DNA from: Anaerolineae bacterium
GTDB taxonomy: Bacteria; Chloroflexota; Anaerolineae; Aggregatilineales; Phototrophicaceae
Direction: 5' to 3'
NCBI GenBank assembly: GCA_046328615.1
Contig: JAXLWG010000019.1
Location: forward strand, 25,528 to 89,527
Length of the DNA stretch: 64,000 nucleotides
Shown: one piece after another, positions 59,553 to 64,000 of the stretch
Layout of the letters: every line of letters begins with the position of its first letter
Position numbering within the stretch: position 1 is the stretch's first letter
Translations under genes and position numbers: made by a program
Notes under the pieces: generated by a model
Seen by the model: the letters and a program-made list of their open reading frames with translations, nothing else
Database searches by the model: none
What the model was told of the DNA's origin: nothing

Positions 59553-59992
59553 GTCCAATTGCCCGCACGCGCTGCTCGATTTAGAGACAACCTTCTACAC
59601 GCCTGAGGCGGCACTCGCTACCGTGCTGGCGCATAACGGCGCACGGGCGCTCCCTGGAAACCGCCGCCTATCACTTTTACCCGGCTGTAACCGATCTTGC
59701 ATCCATCCGTGCGGCGAGTGTAGGAACACTGCTCTACCCCGATCGCTCCGGCGACACTGTTTGTAGATTGCACGCTGAATGCCGATGACGGCGACCTGTT
59801 TATCTTGACCGGGCCGAGAGGATTAATGGGGAAACGCGGGTACGAGTTGCCGGACTGCCACGTGAGTTCTGGGCAATCCGTGAACAGCGATGCCGTTTCC
59901 CGCTGGGTTGGGATGTTTACTTGATCGATCCCGTGTGATCGGACTGCCGCGCAGCACAGAAAATGCTCTCGGTCGCCCATGACGCACGATAA
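59440..59992 (+). pseudogene. phnH: Second, frameshifted copy of phnH
   Basis: Near-identical to 58567-59114 with many indels. Confidence 0.85.
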
Positions 59993-60007
59993 CTGAAGGA
60001 CGCAGCC

Positions 60008-61121
60008 ATGTATGTCGCAGCAAAAGGCGGCGAAGCTGCCATTCAGAATCAAGTATTTCATCGATTGAAAGGCGCACCCACGCGCGAACTGGTCAAGGCG
60101 ATCGAGCAGTTTTTTGCCTTACTTAATCGACCGGGTGATGGGCGAAGCCTCGCTGTATGCGCCGGAATTAGCCGCATTGGCGATTGCACAAGCGGGCGGC
60201 GATCTGTATGAAGCGGTGCTGCTGCTGCGCGCCTATCGTTCGACGCAGCCGCGCCTCGCCTATGCCGTACCGGTGACGCCAGAAAAGCTGTTCACCCTGC
60301 GGCGCATCTCCGCCGCCTTCAAGGATATTCCGGGCGGGCAGGTGCTTGGCCCGTCACTTGATTACAGTCACCGCATCCTAAATCTCGACATTTTGGATGG
60401 GATCGACAAAAACGACGCGTCGGAGTCCGGTGACGAGGAGAGCGACGCGCTGCCGGAAAAGGCTGCCGCGCCAACCTATCCGTTCGTGGCAGAATGGCAG
60501 CGCGAAGCCGGTCTATTGAAAGCGACGCCCACGCACGCCGAACGCGAACCCGCCGATATCCCCGATGTCACGCGCGACCCGGCGCTGTTTCCCGCACCGC
60601 GCGAACACCGCTTGCAGGCACTCGCCCGCGCCGATACGGGCGGCGTGCTGGCGCTCGGCTACGCGAGTATGCGCGGCTATGGGCTGATTCACCCGACAGT
60701 GAATGAACTGCGGCTGGCGCAGGCGGAAATCGAAGTCAAACATCCTGTCACAGGGGAAGTGTTCAGCGCGGGGCGGGCACGCGTCAGCCAAGCTGAAGTC
60801 GTGACGACAGGCGATAAAACCGGGCTGTCGCTCGGCTTCGCGGCAACGCTTGGCTGGAACGAGGTCAAGCTGATCGCCGCCGCCACGCTCGACTTAGAAA
60901 TGAATCAAGCCGATCCGCACCCGGCGCACACCGAAGAATTCGTGTTGTACCACACCGAACCGGTGGAGGCATCGGGCTTTTGCATTCACTTCAAGCTGCC
61001 CCACTATGTGACCTTCGCCAGCAGCCTCGACAATTTGCGTAAGGTGATCTCTACCTTTTACTCGTCCGATCAGGACAAACAGAGTGCTGAACTCGCGCCT
61101 ATGACCCAGAGGACACCGTGA
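60008..61121 (+). CDS. phnI: C-P lyase subunit PhnI (5' end frameshifted; intact ORF 60114-61121)
   Basis: RRISAAFKDIPGGQVLGP..DYSHR, LARADTG, EEFVLYH....EASGF..HFKLPHYVTF. Confidence 0.92.
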
Positions 61122-62092
61122 CCACGACTATTCAACCGACCGGCGGACTCGATGCGCTGGCGATCCCACGCGAAGATTATGCATATGCATTCCTCGATCC
61201 GTTTGCCAAGCGCGAACTACGCCGCCGAACGCTAAAAGCGATCGCAATCCCCGGCTATCAAGTGCCATATGCCAGCCGCGAACTGCCAATCGCGCGCGGC
61301 TGGGGAACGGGCGGCTTGCAGGTCACATTGAGCCTCGTCGGGCCGGACAGCATTGTCAAGGTGATCGATCAAGGCGCGGATGACAGCGTCAACGCCGCCA
61401 ATTTGCGCCGGTTTATCACGCGCATGAGCGGCGCGGACACCACGACCGATACGCTGCACGCGACCATCCTGCAAACGCGCCACCGCATCCCCGAAGAAAT
61501 CATGCGTGAGGGGCAAGCGCTGGTGCTGCAAGTCCCTGATCCCGAACCACTGCGTGCCGTGCAAAGTGACAGCAGTGTGGCGCATCAAATGCACGCGGAT
61601 GCGGATTACGGCCAGCTATGGCTGGTGCTGTATGAACAACTCGTCCGCTACAAGCAGTATTTACAAGGGGCAAGCTACCCGAGCATGATCAACGGGCGCT
61701 ATGTGATCAGCCCCAGCCCGATCCCGCGTTGGGACACGCCAAAACTGCACCAAGCCGCGCATTTGTCGCTGTTCAGCGCGGGGCGCGAGAAACGCCTGTA
61801 TGCCGTGCCGCCCTACACCGACGTCTACCCGCTGGAATTCGACGATGTGCCGTTCCAAGTCGAGGATCAGCGCGGGTGGGAAGACAAAGTCACGCGCGTG
61901 CTGAACAAATTCATGAATGAACTGCCGCAGGCCGACGGTTCGAGCCACTACGAGATCAGCGACAGCGGGTATCTGCAAAAGCTGATTACCCAACTGCGCG
62001 GCGAACCGGCCACGATCGGCACGACGTATTTTGACGACGAAGGGAACTTCTATAAAGATGGCTACCTTAAACCCCCCGTCCGACCCGAATAA
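61118..62092 (+). CDS. phnJ: PhnJ-family protein (C-P lyase catalytic subunit homolog) lacking all cysteines
   Basis: LKAIAIPGYQVP, GWGTGG.Q, KVIDQGADDSVNA, QTRHRIPE, PSPIPRWD, AGREKRLYAVPP; no Cys in 324 aa. Confidence 0.93.
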   Translation: MTTTIQPTGGLDALAIPREDYAYAFLDPFAKRELRRRTLKAIAIPGYQVPYASRELPIARGWGTGGLQVTLSLVGPDSIVKVIDQGADDSVNAANLRRFITRMSGADTTTDTLHATILQTRHRIPEEIMREGQALVLQVPDPEPLRAVQSDSSVAHQMHADADYGQLWLVLYEQLVRYKQYLQGASYPSMINGRYVISPSPIPRWDTPKLHQAAHLSLFSAGREKRLYAVPPYTDVYPLEFDDVPFQVEDQRGWEDKVTRVLNKFMNELPQADGSSHYEISDSGYLQKLITQLRGEPATIGTTYFDDEGNFYKDGYLKPPVRPE

Positions 62093-62924
62093 CGGCGCGC
62101 ATGGGATCAATGGGCATGCTTCGGCGCGCCCCCTACTTGACGCGCCGCGACTGACCCGCGAACAGCCGTTGGTGAGCGTGACAGGGCTGACGAAGCGCTA
62201 TGGGCGGATCACCGCCGTCGAGGAAGTCAGCCTCGATGTGTACGCCGGGGAAGTGCTCGGCATCGTCGGTGAATCGGGTTCGGGCAAGTCGAGCGTACTG
62301 CGGCTGCTGAACCTTGAAGAACTGCCGGATGAGGGCGATTACCGGATCAACCTGCCTAAGCTGGCCGGGGTGAATCTGTTCACGCTCGACCGGTTCGCAC
62401 GGCGTGAAGTCTCACTCTTGGACATCGGCATTGTGTACCAGAACCCCCATTTGGGGCTGCGTATGCGCTATACGAGCAGCGGCAACGTCGCCGAACGGCT
62501 GCTGGTGACGGGCGAGCGCGAATTCAAAACGCTGCGACAGGCAGCCCGCACGTCGTTGAGCGCCAGCGAGTTTCCGCTGGATCGCATGGACGATCCGCCG
62601 CGCGTATTGAGCGGCGGGATGCAGCAGCGCGTCCAACTGGCGAAGGCGATCGCCCTACAGCCGCATGTCCTTCTGCTCGATGAGCCAACGACCGGCCTCG
62701 ATGTGAGTGTGCAAGCGGCGGTGTTGGATACGCTCAAGCGCTTACAGCGCGAACGTCACATGGCGACGATCATCGTCAGCCACGATCTCGGTGTGATCCG
62801 CGCACTGGCAGACCGCGTGATGGTCATGCGCGGTGGGCGTGTCGTGGAAGCCGGACTCGCGGATCAAGTGCTGGACGATCCGCAGGATGCGTATACCCAG
62901 CAGCTTGTCCATGCCAAACTCTAA
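62058..62924 (+). CDS. phnK: C-P lyase ABC-type ATPase PhnK
   Basis: [50 protein letters not shown]; start codon uncertain. Confidence 0.92.
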   Translation: MATLNPPSDPNNGAHGINGHASARPLLDAPRLTREQPLVSVTGLTKRYGRITAVEEVSLDVYAGEVLGIVGESGSGKSSVLRLLNLEELPDEGDYRINLPKLAGVNLFTLDRFARREVSLLDIGIVYQNPHLGLRMRYTSSGNVAERLLVTGEREFKTLRQAARTSLSASEFPLDRMDDPPRVLSGGMQQRVQLAKAIALQPHVLLLDEPTTGLDVSVQAAVLDTLKRLQRERHMATIIVSHDLGVIRALADRVMVMRGGRVVEAGLADQVLDDPQDAYTQQLVHAKL

Positions 62925-62932
62925 AGGATGAG

Positions 62933-63640
62933 GTGTTTATGCGGCTGCTAACCGTCAGCGATTACACGAAAAACTTTTATGTGCATCATCTGGCGCGCGC
63001 GATCCCGGCCTTCCAGCGGCTGAGCTTCACGCTGGATGAAGGGCAGTTTCTACTCATTAGCGGGCAGAACGGCGCGGGCAAATCGACGCTGCTGCGCTGC
63101 CTGTATCGTACTTATCTACCAACCAGCGGCAGCGCGATCTATTCCAGCAAGCACGGCGACATCGACCTCGCCCGCGCCGCCGATGCCGACATGATGCTGC
63201 TGCGCCGTGAAGAATTGGGGTTCGTAACCCAATTCCTGCGCCCCCGCCCACGTGTGAGCGCGCTGGATTTGGTAGCCGAACCGCTGATGCTGGCGGGCGT
63301 ACCGCTGGAAGATGGGCGCGCGGTCGCCGAGCGGCTGCTGAGCGATTTTGGCGTCAAGCCGGACTTATGGGGTGCGTACCCAACGACGTTCAGCGGCGGC
63401 GAACAGCAGCGAGTCAACCTTGCCCGCGCGCTGATCGCCCCACGCCGCCTGCTGCTGCTGGACGAGCCAACGGCCTCGTTGGATGCAGGCGCACGGGCCT
63501 CACTGACCAAGCGGCTGCGCGAGCTGAAAGCCGAAGGGGTGACAATGATCGGCATTTTCCACTACCCGGACGAGATTCGGACATTAATTGACGGCGAAAT
63601 TCATCTGCAAGGAGAAGCGGTTCCCCATGTGGCTGACTGA
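62933..63640 (+). CDS. phnL: C-P lyase ABC-type ATPase PhnL
   Basis: GAGKSTLLRCLYRTY, FVTQFLR..PRVSA, PTTFSGGEQQRVNLAR, LDEPTASLD, IGIFH. Confidence 0.94.
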   Translation: MFMRLLTVSDYTKNFYVHHLARAIPAFQRLSFTLDEGQFLLISGQNGAGKSTLLRCLYRTYLPTSGSAIYSSKHGDIDLARAADADMMLLRREELGFVTQFLRPRPRVSALDLVAEPLMLAGVPLEDGRAVAERLLSDFGVKPDLWGAYPTTFSGGEQQRVNLARALIAPRRLLLLDEPTASLDAGARASLTKRLRELKAEGVTMIGIFHYPDEIRTLIDGEIHLQGEAVPHVAD

Positions 63641-64000
63641 TCTGCGAATTGTCACGCCAGAGGGCGTGATCGAACGGGGTGCACTGCAAATCATCGACGG
63701 CAAATTCGCCGCGATCGTGACCGGGAGTGCGCCCGCCGAAGGGCTGCGGTTAAGCGGTCTCACCGCGATCCCCGGCTTGATTGACCTGCACGGCGATATG
63801 CTAGAGCGGGATATTCAACCGCGACCGGGGGCATTTTTCCCAACGGATATGGCGCTGTATGAACTGGATAAGCGGCTGGCGGGCGCGGGGATTACGACCG
63901 CATTCGCGGCGGTGGGTTTCGCGTGGCGGTCGAATGATCTGCGCACGCAGGAAAAAGCGACCGAGATTATTCGCACGATCCGGCAGATGCGCCCGCACTT
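63627..64000 (+). CDS. phnM: Alpha-D-ribose 1-methylphosphonate 5-triphosphate diphosphatase PhnM (partial, runs off the window)
   Basis: Manual translation: MWLTDLRIVTPEGVIERG...PGLIDLHGDMLERDIQPRPG...DKRLAGAGITTAF. Confidence 0.9.
   Translation, partial: MWLTDLRIVTPEGVIERGALQIIDGKFAAIVTGSAPAEGLRLSGLTAIPGLIDLHGDMLERDIQPRPGAFFPTDMALYELDKRLAGAGITTAFAAVGFAWRSNDLRTQEKATEIIRTIRQMRPH

Larger units (their letters stand above)
58567..60312 (+). repeat. ~873-bp tandem duplication covering most of phnH and the 5' part of phnI
   Basis: 58567-59439 recurs at 59440 to ~60312; the second copy is indel-rich in its first three quarters. Confidence 0.93.

Noticed and set aside
61883-61975. Frameshift explanation for the missing PhnJ cysteines
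   Set aside because: The annotated frame keeps the aligned flanking residues on both sides of each substituted position and has normal codon usage.
1-64000. CRISPR array, rRNA, tRNA or recognisable riboswitch
   Set aside because: No regularly spaced repeat-spacer units or recognisable structural RNA motifs were seen by eye. A covariance-model scan was not possible.

Overview
Bacterial genomic window, about 55-60% GC. Gene content and protein style suggest Chloroflexota/Anaerolineae (inference). Several genes carry indels that look like long-read assembly errors. In order: (1) a frameshifted Ser/Thr kinase-STAND NTPase-WD40 gene with an upstream STAS/SEC14-like gene; (2) a decayed mosaic region with a ThiF/E1 remnant, PadR-hydrolase, GNAT-CoA transferase, gene fragments and an IS3 remnant; (3) a MalT-type LuxR regulator with a divergent Tat nitroreductase/hydrolase/CAAX protease operon; (4) arsR-thioredoxin-ArsP permease plus an acr3 scar; (5) cydABDC with a Rex-like box; (6) a DUF2202 ferritin-like/OB-fold/cytochrome b/Rieske/triheme cytochrome c/two-component module whose two promoters share 4x11-bp repeats; (7) MarR-DoxX and AraC-epoxide hydrolase-NmrA; (8) a globin-secreted SH3 protein-globin-secreted SH3 protein-STAS-like-SARP/NB-ARC/TPR cluster with a SARP-type box; (9) a two-component system with a Tat flavoprotein and a pentaheme cytochrome; (10) a phnCEDGHIJKLM C-P lyase operon containing a ~873-bp tandem duplication. 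The most striking observation is that PhnJ is intact and in frame but has no cysteine at all, so it lacks the radical-SAM [4Fe-4S] ligands and the catalytic Cys. No rRNA, tRNA or CRISPR array was recognised.
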